This document shows positions 47,715 to 56,546 of a DNA stretch of 56,546 nt, piece after piece. The notes below the pieces were generated by a model that saw only the letters and a program-made list of their open reading frames with translations, was not told the DNA's origin and searched no databases. This DNA comes from Bacteriovoracaceae bacterium. Its GTDB lineage: Bacteria; Bdellovibrionota; Bacteriovoracia; Bacteriovoracales; Bacteriovoracaceae. Numbering within the stretch: the stretch's first letter is position 1; each line of letters opens with the position of its first letter. The DNA is taken from assembly GCA_041586955.1 (NCBI GenBank), contig JBFGZE010000011.1, positions 1 to 56,546 on the forward strand, written 5' to 3'. The position numbers and the translations under genes were made by a program.

Positions 47715-47764
47715 GACTCAGATAATAAAGTCCCTTATCAAGGATAAGAGACTTTATTAGAGTC
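47715..47764 (-). terminator. Long hairpin/terminator after paralog B
   Basis: TAATAAAGTC-C-CTTATC / GATAAG-A-GACTTTATTA, plus outer GACTC/GAGTC. Confidence 0.75.
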
Positions 47765-47767
47765 TAA

Positions 47768-49318
47768 TTAATTAAAATACGTATAAGTAACCCTAATCTG
47801 AGAATTCGGAGCTGGATTATTGGTAAACTCGATGGCGTTGGAATCATATTCCCAATTCTTTTTTCCTGAAGCGTCCAATCTTGGTATTTCAACGTTATTC
47901 ACATAAACCTTCAAGGAACTTTCTAGGATAGTGATATTTGTTTTTAAAAGAAAGCGCTTAAGAAGGTTCGATACTGCGAGTGAAATATCATCTAAAACAT
48001 TTGAGAAATCACTTTTGATATTATAAATCTTAGAAGCAGTTAAGCGAACGATCTCGGCGTAACGATTATCTGAATCCCTACTCGGGTCAATAATACTATA
48101 AATACGAACTTTACTACTTTTGTCTTTGATCGACTGAAAGCGTTGCGCCCATTGTGCTGCTGAACTATTTATTGATTGCTCTTTTTCATCCGTTACAATA
48201 ATATATACGAGCAGGTAGTCATTTCCTCTAAACCATGAGGCGTTATGAGTATAATTAGCATCCATCGAGGATAAAGTCCGCTCTGAACCACTACCTTTTG
48301 TTCCAACCTTTACTGCTGACTTAAAATCGCTTTTAAATTTTGAAAAGTTTGATTGAGAGGAAGCACTTGAAAAATCATAATGGTTTCCATTGGCGTCTTT
48401 AACAAAGCTTCCAAGCCCGTGAGCATTGTCCTTATAAGCATCTGATACGGTGACTTGCATATTGAAATCAAAACGTGGTTTACCTGCAACGAGGAAGTTA
48501 TCAATAAAGGCGTTAAAGTTAAGGGCAAGGTTTTCTTGTTCATCACCCATTGAACCGGAATTATCAATAACCCAGACGATATCCACACCCTTAAGAGGGG
48601 CACCTGTTGCTTGGATGAATTTCTCTTCCCCTTCAAATTGAGATCCTGCTACTTTAAGAGTCACTTTAGCTGTGGTTAAACTTTTTGCTCCATGGTCGTC
48701 AATAACTTGATAAGTAAAAAAATCGTCGCCAATAAAACTATTATTAGGAGTATAGGTACAAGATAGGGTGCCTACCCCCATCAAACAATTGGATAATTTA
48801 CCATTTTTTGGACTGGTTACGACATTATAATCGAGAAGGCCAGCTGGGGTATCTGAATCAAAGGCCTTGTTAACGTGAAATGTAATATTGGTATCCTTTA
48901 AGAGAGATTCTGTTTGATCTGCACCGATAACTGGTATGTCGTTAGTATCTCTTACTTTGATAATGACACGCGATGTTTCTTTAGAGGTAAAAGATCCGTC
49001 TTTTGAGGTCACTTCAAATGAATCTTCACCAAAAAAGTCTTTGTCAGGTGTGTAGGTACATGTGTACGATAATTTTGTTTTAATACATTCGCTTAAAGTT
49101 CCATGCTTAGGAGAGGAGAGGACGATTAGCTCAAGATCTACACTGTAAGAAGAAGGAGAAAGGACATATTTGACCTGTACTGGCACCTCTTCGTCGGTTT
49201 CGAATAATTTATCGGCATCTAAGGGAACACCTGTTAAGGTATTATATGATGACTTTGGGGCATCTGGCCGGCACGAAAAGAACGAACACAATAGAAACGC
49301 CAGGACAAGATTTTTCAT
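47768..49318 (-). CDS. Lipoprotein with two Ig/cadherin-like repeats and a vWA domain (paralog B, intact MIDAS)
   Basis: Lipobox FFSC; DIVWVIDNSGSM (DxSxS); GTKGSGSE; IIVTDE. Confidence 0.87.
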   Translation of the reverse strand: MKNLVLAFLLCSFFSCRPDAPKSSYNTLTGVPLDADKLFETDEEVPVQVKYVLSPSSYSVDLELIVLSSPKHGTLSECIKTKLSYTCTYTPDKDFFGEDSFEVTSKDGSFTSKETSRVIIKVRDTNDIPVIGADQTESLLKDTNITFHVNKAFDSDTPAGLLDYNVVTSPKNGKLSNCLMGVGTLSCTYTPNNSFIGDDFFTYQVIDDHGAKSLTTAKVTLKVAGSQFEGEEKFIQATGAPLKGVDIVWVIDNSGSMGDEQENLALNFNAFIDNFLVAGKPRFDFNMQVTVSDAYKDNAHGLGSFVKDANGNHYDFSSASSQSNFSKFKSDFKSAVKVGTKGSGSERTLSSMDANYTHNASWFRGNDYLLVYIIVTDEKEQSINSSAAQWAQRFQSIKDKSSKVRIYSIIDPSRDSDNRYAEIVRLTASKIYNIKSDFSNVLDDISLAVSNLLKRFLLKTNITILESSLKVYVNNVEIPRLDASGKKNWEYDSNAIEFTNNPAPNSQIRVTYTYFN

Positions 49319-49446
49319 AATAGGAAACTCCCAAGTTTATTTTTATAAAAATAGCTTAGCACCAGGTGAGGTGCTTTATTAATTTTTTGTCAAGTAAAAG
49401 ATAGAATCCGAATAGTTCTAAAGGGTTATAAAAAAGAAAGGAAGCA

Positions 49447-49466
49447 GGCAGTTTAAAGAAACTGCC
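49447..49466. terminator. Hairpin terminator after the PilZ gene
   Basis: GGCAGTTT-AAAG-AAACTGCC. Confidence 0.7.
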
Positions 49467-49471
49467 ACTTT

Positions 49472-50209
49472 TTATTGTCGATCAACTTCGTATTGACCCC
49501 TTTTTTCAATAGATAGGAGTAAAAAGCGTAATTGGAGTTGTTGCCAAAAGTTTGTAAACTCAAAGCGAATACCATATTGATTTCTGTCATTCGATTGGGT
49601 GATTCTGACCACTTCTCCTTTGAGGGCAAGTGGGGTGTTCATTACTTCAAAATCTATTTGAAGCTTACACGATTCCGCTAATTCGCCGGATTTTAATAAA
49701 ATTAAGGCACCAGAATGGGAAAGGTTTTTAAGTTCACCATGAATTTGCTTATTGTCTAAAGTAATAAAGCAAGGGGAGTCGATAATAAAACGTCCACCTT
49801 GTTCCCACCAGCGAAGGTCTTTATTAAAGAAAGGCTCTCTACTTCTCGGTAGAAGTATATAAACTGTAATAAGGAGGTTCATTCCTAAAAGAAGAAGTGC
49901 TGGAATTGAGGGCACAGAAGATAAATACGGCCATGTGAATTGCTCATAACTTAAATGGAAGTATAGGCTGTAACATTGAAGCCCTATATAAAAAACATAA
50001 GAAACAGTTTTAACACTTAAAAGGAGAAGACCACTTAGTGGAAATAGAAACCAAAAATTAAAGAAATCTAAAGGTGCAAGTTCGATTGCCCTTTGAAAAA
50101 CGGTTAATAGGGTGAATTCTTTTTCAATAGAAAGAAATACAATTCGTAAAAGAGGTTCACACAGCAAATATGCCGCAAGTAATTTAATGATCAGTGGTCG
50201 TCGAAGCAA
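49472..50209 (-). CDS. Membrane protein with C-terminal PilZ domain
   Basis: About four TMs, then RWWEQGGRF, NLSHSGA, GEVVR, YGIRF; AAGGAG RBS with TTG start. Confidence 0.85.
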   Translation of the reverse strand: MLRRPLIIKLLAAYLLCEPLLRIVFLSIEKEFTLLTVFQRAIELAPLDFFNFWFLFPLSGLLLLSVKTVSYVFYIGLQCYSLYFHLSYEQFTWPYLSSVPSIPALLLLGMNLLITVYILLPRSREPFFNKDLRWWEQGGRFIIDSPCFITLDNKQIHGELKNLSHSGALILLKSGELAESCKLQIDFEVMNTPLALKGEVVRITQSNDRNQYGIRFEFTNFWQQLQLRFLLLSIEKRGQYEVDRQ

Positions 50210-50280
50210 GGTAACTCCTTCAGGTTAAGTATATAATTAGTTTATTCAAAAATTAAAAATAATAAAGACAATAGCATTCA

Positions 50281-50308
50281 TTGAAATCTATTTTTTTTAG
50301 GATACAAT
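50281..50308 (+). promoter_or_regulatory. Sigma70-like promoter of the Agl-Glt-like operon
   Basis: TTGAAA-N16-TACAAT. Confidence 0.5.
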
Positions 50309-50339
50309 TTAAATAGGTATTTAAATTTGGATGTAGTAC

Positions 50340-51038
50340 ATGACTATTTTACTTTTTTTAACGGCAGTCTTTAATATTTTGTTTGTAAACGTTTCTTATG
50401 CGGCTGCAGACAACCTTTACAATTTTAATTGGCTCGACGATGGCGAAGTTGTCTATGTGATTCAGAATAAGGAATTCCCAAAGGCCGGACGATTAGGATT
50501 TGATCTTCATCTGATTGACGGGGAAAATGTTGCCTATACTGATGTCGGTGGGTTTGGGGCCCAGCTAGTTTATTACTTTAATGAAGATTGGGGTATCGAT
50601 CTTATTTATAAAAAGTATAGTAATGATAATAACCAGGATCTTAATAGCTTAATTGGGGATCTTAATACAAAGCCTTTGGTTCATAGAGTTGAAAGTGCTA
50701 TTTTGGCCCACATCGATTGGATTCCTTTTTACGGCAAAATTAATACCTTTAACCGTATTTTTTATTTTGATTGGGGATTTGGTGTAGGTGCTGGTAAGTT
50801 GGACATTTTGACAAATCACGATACGTTTAACCAAAAAAATATTCCCTTAACCTTTAAGCCCGAGTCAGTGACTGGCTTTGATATAAGATCATTTTTTAGA
50901 TTTTATGCTCATAAAAATTTTAACTTTGGCCTGGAGTACGATTTGACTTTCTTTGATACTGTTGTTGATGCAGCTGGTACAAAGGATAGGGTCGTTGTTA
51001 ATGATATTTTATTTACCATAGGTTTTATGGCGTTATGA
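50340..51038 (+). CDS. Outer membrane beta-barrel (GltA/B-like, OMP_myx_plus type)
   Basis: VYVIQNK, YYFNEDWG, WIPFYGKIN...YFD. Confidence 0.8.
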   Translation: MTILLFLTAVFNILFVNVSYAAADNLYNFNWLDDGEVVYVIQNKEFPKAGRLGFDLHLIDGENVAYTDVGGFGAQLVYYFNEDWGIDLIYKKYSNDNNQDLNSLIGDLNTKPLVHRVESAILAHIDWIPFYGKINTFNRIFYFDWGFGVGAGKLDILTNHDTFNQKNIPLTFKPESVTGFDIRSFFRFYAHKNFNFGLEYDLTFFDTVVDAAGTKDRVVVNDILFTIGFMAL

Positions 51039-52450
51039 AAAACTTAATAGCATTATTATTAATAGCTTCTATTTGCCAGTTGTCAGCAAATACGGGAAAA
51101 AATACATCATCTAAAAAAGTTAGTAAAAAAACCCGTAGAGTAAGAGCGCCAAAGACTTATCGTGGTAAGTTTAATAAAGTGTACAAGCACGAGCTTTATT
51201 ATTCATCATATTACTTTTTAAAGAAATCTGTTATGGCGGGTGAGAAAAGAATCCCCACTGGAATGATTAATCGTGTACTCGATGCAATTCATCCCGCTGT
51301 CTTTATTAATGATCCAGATCTCGACAAGTTGGTAAGTACACCCAACCAAATTGATTATGCTGTTGGTTTAAGGGAGTTCTATAAAGGAAATCATTCGGTC
51401 GCTCTGAGCAAATTGATAGGCATTACTCCTAAGTCCTCTATGTTTGTCGAAGCTAGTTACATTTTAGGTCTAATTTATTACGGAAAGAGAGAAATGAAAA
51501 ATTCTTTGCGTTATTTTGGACGTTGTGTGATTAAGGCCAATAATAAAAAGGCCAACAAAATGAAAACAGAAGAATATAGGCGAGTTTTCCGAAATCGTTG
51601 TATTCAACAAGTTGCTCGAATTTATTTTGAGCAGAAAAATTATAAGAAATCATTACGTTATCAGCGAATGGTTGAGAAGACGGATTATATCTGGCCTCGA
51701 TTTATCTTTGATATGGCCTGGAATTATTATTGGCAAAAAGATTTACCACGTGTTTTGGGTGTTCTTCTCACATTTAAGGCGCCTGTCCTTAACCGCTATA
51801 TGGTACCTGAGGCCAATTACCTCAGAGCGCTGGCCTATTATGATTATTGTTATTATGAAAAGGTTGAAAAAATCTATAATGAGTTTGATGAAGGACCTTG
51901 GCGCTTTAGGAAATTCGTTAAAAGGTATAAAGATCCTAAAAAACTAATTCGTCTAATGAGCTCAAAAAGGTCGCCGACAGATGAGCGCTTAAAGTTTTTA
52001 CATTCATACTTAAGAGGGTTTAAAAAAGATATCCAGTATCTAACAGTTATAAAGACTATTGTACAAATTAAATCAGAAGTTAAGAAGCTTAAGGCCTTGG
52101 GCCATAATGCCACTGCTAGACGGTTGAAAAAGCACTTACGATCTTATCTCGAGACGGTCCGTATTCATTTCGACCGTTTCCTTGTCTCTTTAGTCGAGGA
52201 CTATAATAGACAGATTTACAGAACTCAAAGCAATTTCACTAAAATGAGATTAACGATGGGGATTAAAAAGAGAAAGTTATTATTTAGCAAAAAAGAACTG
52301 AAGTTTAAGGATGACTTAAAAAACATTTCTCTTAGCGAAATCAAGGACACGGAAGAAAAATTCATTTGGGAATTTATTGGAGGTTTTTGGGCGGACGAGT
52401 TAGGCGATTACGCGCTTGCAATTAAAAACCAGTGTGGAGAAAAATCATGA
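51035..52450 (+). CDS. TPR protein (GltC-like)
   Basis: TPR-like helices, PEANYLRAL..Y..CYY, C-terminal WEFIGGFWADELGDY...C. Confidence 0.75.
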   Translation: MKNLIALLLIASICQLSANTGKNTSSKKVSKKTRRVRAPKTYRGKFNKVYKHELYYSSYYFLKKSVMAGEKRIPTGMINRVLDAIHPAVFINDPDLDKLVSTPNQIDYAVGLREFYKGNHSVALSKLIGITPKSSMFVEASYILGLIYYGKREMKNSLRYFGRCVIKANNKKANKMKTEEYRRVFRNRCIQQVARIYFEQKNYKKSLRYQRMVEKTDYIWPRFIFDMAWNYYWQKDLPRVLGVLLTFKAPVLNRYMVPEANYLRALAYYDYCYYEKVEKIYNEFDEGPWRFRKFVKRYKDPKKLIRLMSSKRSPTDERLKFLHSYLRGFKKDIQYLTVIKTIVQIKSEVKKLKALGHNATARRLKKHLRSYLETVRIHFDRFLVSLVEDYNRQIYRTQSNFTKMRLTMGIKKRKLLFSKKELKFKDDLKNISLSEIKDTEEKFIWEFIGGFWADELGDYALAIKNQCGEKS

Positions 52451-52707
52451 GAATGATAAGTTTGTTTTTACTATTGGTTTATACCCCGGCAACTTTTGCT
52501 CAAAACAAGAAAGAGGTAAACCAAAAAGAAAAAGTTGAGTATACTAAACATCGTAAGGTTGATCTCGGCGCATTAAGTGTTGAAGGTGAAATCGTTGTGC
52601 CCGGTGATTTCTCTATTGATGATAAAGAAGAAGATGAAACCAGTGGGATTTATCGAAGAAAGAATTATAAAGATAGATATAGTATTTATTATAAGTTTGT
52701 GTTTTAG
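52447..52707 (+). CDS. Small secreted protein (CglF/GltF-like)
   Basis: Signal peptide; VDLGALSVEGEIVVP...R.NY motif. Confidence 0.65.
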   Translation: MRMISLFLLLVYTPATFAQNKKEVNQKEKVEYTKHRKVDLGALSVEGEIVVPGDFSIDDKEEDETSGIYRRKNYKDRYSIYYKFVF

Positions 52708-52715
52708 GAGCATAT

Positions 52716-53372
52716 ATGGCTGAAGAAAGTTCATTTGACCTTTTTGTATTTTTAAAAACTTTTATGTTAGACGGTGGTGCTTTCATGTGGGTTATACTCT
52801 TAGTATGGCTAACAGGAATTGCCTTAAGTGTTTACAAATTACTTATGTTGAAAGTGTATGATGTCAATGGGAATAAGTTATTTGATCGCATCAAGGGAAT
52901 GGTCCTCAATAATAGTGTCGAAGAGGCCATTAATCTTTGTTCAAATTCAAACGCTATTCTTCCTCAGGTGCTTAAGTCTGGTCTAAAAAGGGCAAATCAG
53001 AATAAAGACCAGATTGAAGATGCGATGTCGACATCTATTTTGGCCCATACTCCTAAAATTGGCTATCAATTATCATATATTTCATTAATTGCTAACGTTT
53101 CAACTTTGGTTGGGCTTCTTGGAACTATTCAAGGTCTCATTATGTCATTTGCTGGTGTTGCCGGAGTAGATCCTAGTGAGAAGGCCAAAATTTTGGCCAT
53201 GGGGATTGCCAAGGCAATGAATACCACGGCCTTTGGTCTGATCTCGGCCATTAGTATTATGGTTATTCATACAATTTTGGCCAGTAAGGCCCAGAGGATT
53301 AATGATATCATTGACGAAAACTCTTCAAAGTTAGTTGATTTATTAAGCGTTAAAAAAAATAAAGTGAATTAA
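52716..53372 (+). CDS. MotA/TolQ/ExbB proton channel (AglR-like)
   Basis: TLVGLLGTIQGLI, GIAKAMNTTAFGL. Confidence 0.92.
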   Translation: MAEESSFDLFVFLKTFMLDGGAFMWVILLVWLTGIALSVYKLLMLKVYDVNGNKLFDRIKGMVLNNSVEEAINLCSNSNAILPQVLKSGLKRANQNKDQIEDAMSTSILAHTPKIGYQLSYISLIANVSTLVGLLGTIQGLIMSFAGVAGVDPSEKAKILAMGIAKAMNTTAFGLISAISIMVIHTILASKAQRINDIIDENSSKLVDLLSVKKNKVN

Positions 53373-53374
53373 TA

Positions 53375-53887
53375 ATGAGAAAAAGAGAAAGAAAAGAGTT
53401 TAAGGGAGAAAAATTAAATTTAGTCCCTGTCATGGATGCGGTCTTCATTTTTATTTTCTTTCTTTTATTCTCTGCTCAATTTATTAAAATTTTTGAAATA
53501 GACTCTGATGCACCCATCGTTAGTAATAAAGCACCTCCTGTTGAAAAGAAGGAGCCTCTAAATCTCGTTGTAAAGATTCATGAGGGGGAGATTAAGGTCC
53601 TGGTCAATAATAGTGGAAGTGTTCATCGTGTAATTCAAAAAAGTAACGGGCGGTATAATCTAAAAAGACTGAAGAGTGTTGTTTTTAATCTAAGGAAAAA
53701 TCATTTAGATGAAGATCATGTCATTATCTCGCCTTCGCCAAAGATTAGATATGAAACAATAATTGAGGTGATTGATGCTGTTAAAATCCTGCCTGAAGGT
53801 AAGAAATCATTCACATTTCCTTACAAGGGAGCCTTTAAAACTATCAATAAGATTTTTAGTCAGATTGTTTTAGAGCCCAATACCTAA
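53375..53887 (+). CDS. ExbD/TolR family protein (AglQ/S-like)
   Basis: LNLVPVMDAVFIFIFFLL with the conserved TM Asp; YETIIEVIDAV. Confidence 0.88.
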   Translation: MRKRERKEFKGEKLNLVPVMDAVFIFIFFLLFSAQFIKIFEIDSDAPIVSNKAPPVEKKEPLNLVVKIHEGEIKVLVNNSGSVHRVIQKSNGRYNLKRLKSVVFNLRKNHLDEDHVIISPSPKIRYETIIEVIDAVKILPEGKKSFTFPYKGAFKTINKIFSQIVLEPNT

Positions 53888-53899
53888 ATAGGTTATTTT

Positions 53900-54367
53900 A
53901 TGAAAATGAAAAGAAGAAATCGAGAGGTTGTAGTTGAAGAATTGGATATTACTTCCTTGCTGGATATCCTTGTTATTCTTTTAGTTTTTCTCTTAATGAG
54001 TTTTAATGCGTCTGATCTGACCATTGATCTTATCAATAATCTGACTCTTCCTTATTCCAAATCCATGGGGATGGCCAATCATGGGGTTGTTGTTCAGGTG
54101 AACAATAAGAAAGAAATTTGGGTTAATAAAAATAGGGTCGGTGTACTAAGTAGTAGCGCTCCAAGTGATGTAAAAATAACCCGTGTTTTAAGAAAATTAG
54201 CGAGTGTTGAAAATCAAAAAATTGATAAGTCTAGGCAGGATGAGCCAAAATACATCAACTTGATTTTTGATAAGGGGTTAGAATATCAAGATATTCAAGT
54301 CGTACTTCATAGTGCTGCAGAAGCTGGCTTTGGTAAATACAAATTAATTGTTCAGGGAGTGGAATGA
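53900..54367 (+). CDS. ExbD/TolR family protein (AglQ/S-like)
   Basis: LDITSLLDILVILLVFLL; DKGLEY...AAEAGF. Confidence 0.88.
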   Translation: MKMKRRNREVVVEELDITSLLDILVILLVFLLMSFNASDLTIDLINNLTLPYSKSMGMANHGVVVQVNNKKEIWVNKNRVGVLSSSAPSDVKITRVLRKLASVENQKIDKSRQDEPKYINLIFDKGLEYQDIQVVLHSAAEAGFGKYKLIVQGVE

Positions 54368-56546
54368 TTCATAAGTTAATTTTAGTTGCATTTATATCAT
54401 TTCTATCTTTTTCATCCTTCAGTAAGGACGTTTGGCGTCAACATTTACGTTTAATTGACCAAGATATCAAAGTCATTAAAAGAACCAAAAAAAAGGATAC
54501 TCAAATTTATATTCGTTTATTTGAGTTATATGGAGAAAAACTTTCATTAATCATTGATAAGGAAAATGATTATTTACTCTCTTATCTTGATGGTGGAAAA
54601 AATACCGCGCAAAACCTAAAGAAAATTCGCAAGGCCAAAAAGAAAATTTTTATCGAGCTTGAAAAATTGTCCAAGAAATTAGTTAAAAAAATTAAAAAGA
54701 AAAAGCTCCTCGCTAAAATATATTATTTTCGTGCCCTTTATAATTATATGCTTAAGAATCTTGATGGGTTTTTTAAGAACCTAAAATACGCAGAAAAGTA
54801 TGCTCAAACCAAAGAGATGAAAACTCGTATTTATGTTAAAATTGCTGAACATCATTATAATCAAAAAGATTTTAAAAATGCGATGAAGTATTATAGAAGA
54901 ATCCTTCGAAATCCCAAAGACCGTTGGATTACCAAGCATCTTTTTAATTATGCATGGTGCTTAATTAAACTTGGCAAACCATCTGCTTCATTAAAGTATA
55001 TGAAGCGTTCTTATCAGTATTCCTTGAAAAAGGGTTACTTCAAACTAGGAGAGCAATTATATAATGGCCTGATGTTCTCTTTTACCTTGGCCCATAAGGT
55101 TGATCAGGGGATTAATTATCTAAAGAGATATAAAATTGCCAATTTTAAAAGAGTGATGACTTTCTTAGATTATAACTTCGAGCATGGAGAAAAGAGGAGA
55201 TCAAAAAAACTAATTAAATTTTTGAAATCTCAAATAAAGACTTCTGACGATTATAATCAATATTACGATAAGGTCGTTATTATTTATAGAAATATTAAAA
55301 AGTATAGCGAACTTGATAAAGAACTTAAAAACGTTCGTAAGATGAAAAAGTTTAAGCTATCAAAAGATTATGGAGGAGAATTGATCTCTTCACTTAAAGG
55401 CTATACTGGGTTTTTACAGGAAATTATCCGCCATAGTCGTTATGTAAACAAGCGTGATAAATATATTTTTGTTAGATATATTAATAATAATTTTAATACA
55501 CTTTCTCATATTGACCCTAAAAACAAGCTGGAATATCTTTATTTTCAAGGTGAAACTTATTTTGGCATCAATGATTACCCCAAGGCGATCGTTTATTACA
55601 AAAAGGGTATTGATAAAACGTTGGCCTCAAATCGAATCAAAGGTAAAGAGGCCCAGTTAACTAAATTTTTTAATGCCTATTTTAAGTCACTAGAGTATAT
55701 AAAAAAGGATAAGTTAAAACTTACCCGGCATGGCTATACTCAATACCTTAAAGTATTTCCAAGAACAGAAAAGGCCAAATTAATTTACCTTAAGTATTTT
55801 AATCTCGAAATTAATATTAACAGCAGTAAAAGTCCTCTTGCCATCATTAAGATGTATTCTAAGACCTTCCCAAAGGATAAGCCTGTTCAAGTTAAAATGT
55901 ATAAAAGGTTAGTGAATAAATTTGCGGTAAAGGATGATGCTGATTCACTAATAGAAATATATAAGGCGGTTAAAAACGGCCTCCTCCAAATGAACACGAC
56001 GGAGCAGAAAAAGTTATCGCTGATTATTAATCAAATTTCATTTAAAAGATATAATGCCCTTGCTGATAAAGGAGAACTTGATAAGGCACTTGTTGGTTTT
56101 AAAAAGTTTTTTGCGAATAAAACAATTGGCTATAGTTTACGACGTAATGCTTTGATTAAAATTCTCGATATCCTTAAAAGCAAAAAGAATTACAAAGAGC
56201 TATCAACAAGCTATATGGTTTATGTTAATTTCCTCTCTAAAAGCGAATATTTAAATGAAAAGAAGAGGATGGAGTTCTATGCGTCACAAATATGTGAAGC
56301 AGGATATTTTGATGATTGCTTCAAGTCAGTCAATAAACTCTATTCTTTGTTTCATGGCAAAATGTCGCCCGAATTGCTTAAGTTAAGATTTCGTATCTCT
56401 GTATCGAAAAATCAATTTCGACCCGCTCTTGACCTCTTTGCATTACAAATTATTAAAAACGACCCGGCCCTTAAGGCCAACTTTGTTCAAGGTTTAATGC
56501 TTTTAGATACACGTTCTTTTTTAAATATTTTTAACCTTGTTTATAA
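54364..56546 (+). CDS. Large TPR protein (GltD/AgmU-like), runs off the right edge
   Basis: ATG 54364 overlaps the upstream stop (ATGA). Signal peptide; TPR-like helices (IAEHHYNQKDFKNAMKYY, FNYAWCLIKLG, GETYFGINDYPKAIVYY). Confidence 0.8.
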   Translation, partial: MIHKLILVAFISFLSFSSFSKDVWRQHLRLIDQDIKVIKRTKKKDTQIYIRLFELYGEKLSLIIDKENDYLLSYLDGGKNTAQNLKKIRKAKKKIFIELEKLSKKLVKKIKKKKLLAKIYYFRALYNYMLKNLDGFFKNLKYAEKYAQTKEMKTRIYVKIAEHHYNQKDFKNAMKYYRRILRNPKDRWITKHLFNYAWCLIKLGKPSASLKYMKRSYQYSLKKGYFKLGEQLYNGLMFSFTLAHKVDQGINYLKRYKIANFKRVMTFLDYNFEHGEKRRSKKLIKFLKSQIKTSDDYNQYYDKVVIIYRNIKKYSELDKELKNVRKMKKFKLSKDYGGELISSLKGYTGFLQEIIRHSRYVNKRDKYIFVRYINNNFNTLSHIDPKNKLEYLYFQGETYFGINDYPKAIVYYKKGIDKTLASNRIKGKEAQLTKFFNAYFKSLEYIKKDKLKLTRHGYTQYLKVFPRTEKAKLIYLKYFNLEININSSKSPLAIIKMYSKTFPKDKPVQVKMYKRLVNKFAVKDDADSLIEIYKAVKNGLLQMNTTEQKKLSLIINQISFKRYNALADKGELDKALVGFKKFFANKTIGYSLRRNALIKILDILKSKKNYKELSTSYMVYVNFLSKSEYLNEKKRMEFYASQICEAGYFDDCFKSVNKLYSLFHGKMSPELLKLRFRISVSKNQFRPALDLFALQIIKNDPALKANFVQGLMLLDTRSFLNIFNLVY

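Noticed and set aside
49357..49376. AGCACC-N6-GGTGCT hairpin upstream of vWA paralog B as a riboswitch
   Set aside because: A single 6-bp stem with no recognisable aptamer motifs.
1417..55660. Many short ORF-track entries overlapping longer genes (e.g. 1417-1695, 7930-8313, 23593-23916, 37981-38271, 51612-51947, 55454-55660)
   Set aside because: They are antisense or out-of-frame shadows of well-supported genes, with no recognisable motifs.
1..56546. CRISPR arrays, tRNA/rRNA genes, transposases or integrases
   Set aside because: I saw no regularly spaced repeats, cloverleaf or rRNA signatures, or recombinase motifs. This was by eye only.

Overview
This is a gene-dense bacterial chromosomal window. 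Its gene content (TIGR02147-like HTH regulator, Agl-Glt-like cluster, many orphan lipoproteins, FliA-type promoters) suggests a Bdellovibrionota, probably Bacteriovoracaceae-like; that assignment is an inference. From left to right it holds: a cytochrome-TolC-CusB-CusA metal efflux operon; an AT-rich pair of a GshB-like ATP-grasp ligase and an N-formylglutamate amidohydrolase::QEGLA(MATCAP-like) peptidase fusion, followed by a decayed CBS-domain remnant; an alginate-export-type porin; an imuB-dnaE2 mutagenesis cassette; a DUF4956-HlyD-OMF-VTC operon; a FliA-type operon with a large Cys-rich secreted protein; housekeeping genes (lspA, elbB, trmB, grxB, tkt, gltX); tandem Ig-vWA lipoproteins; a PilZ membrane protein; and an Agl-Glt-like motor cluster running off the right edge. 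The best candidates for an undescribed system are the putative polyphosphate synthesis/export operon (18653-22251) and the ligase/dual-hydrolase pair (4203-7218). Regulatory patterns read directly from the sequence include four apparently leaderless genes and two sigma54-like promoters with an identically spaced upstream motif. I saw no tRNA, rRNA, CRISPR array or intact mobile element. All family assignments come from motif recognition by eye, not from database searches.
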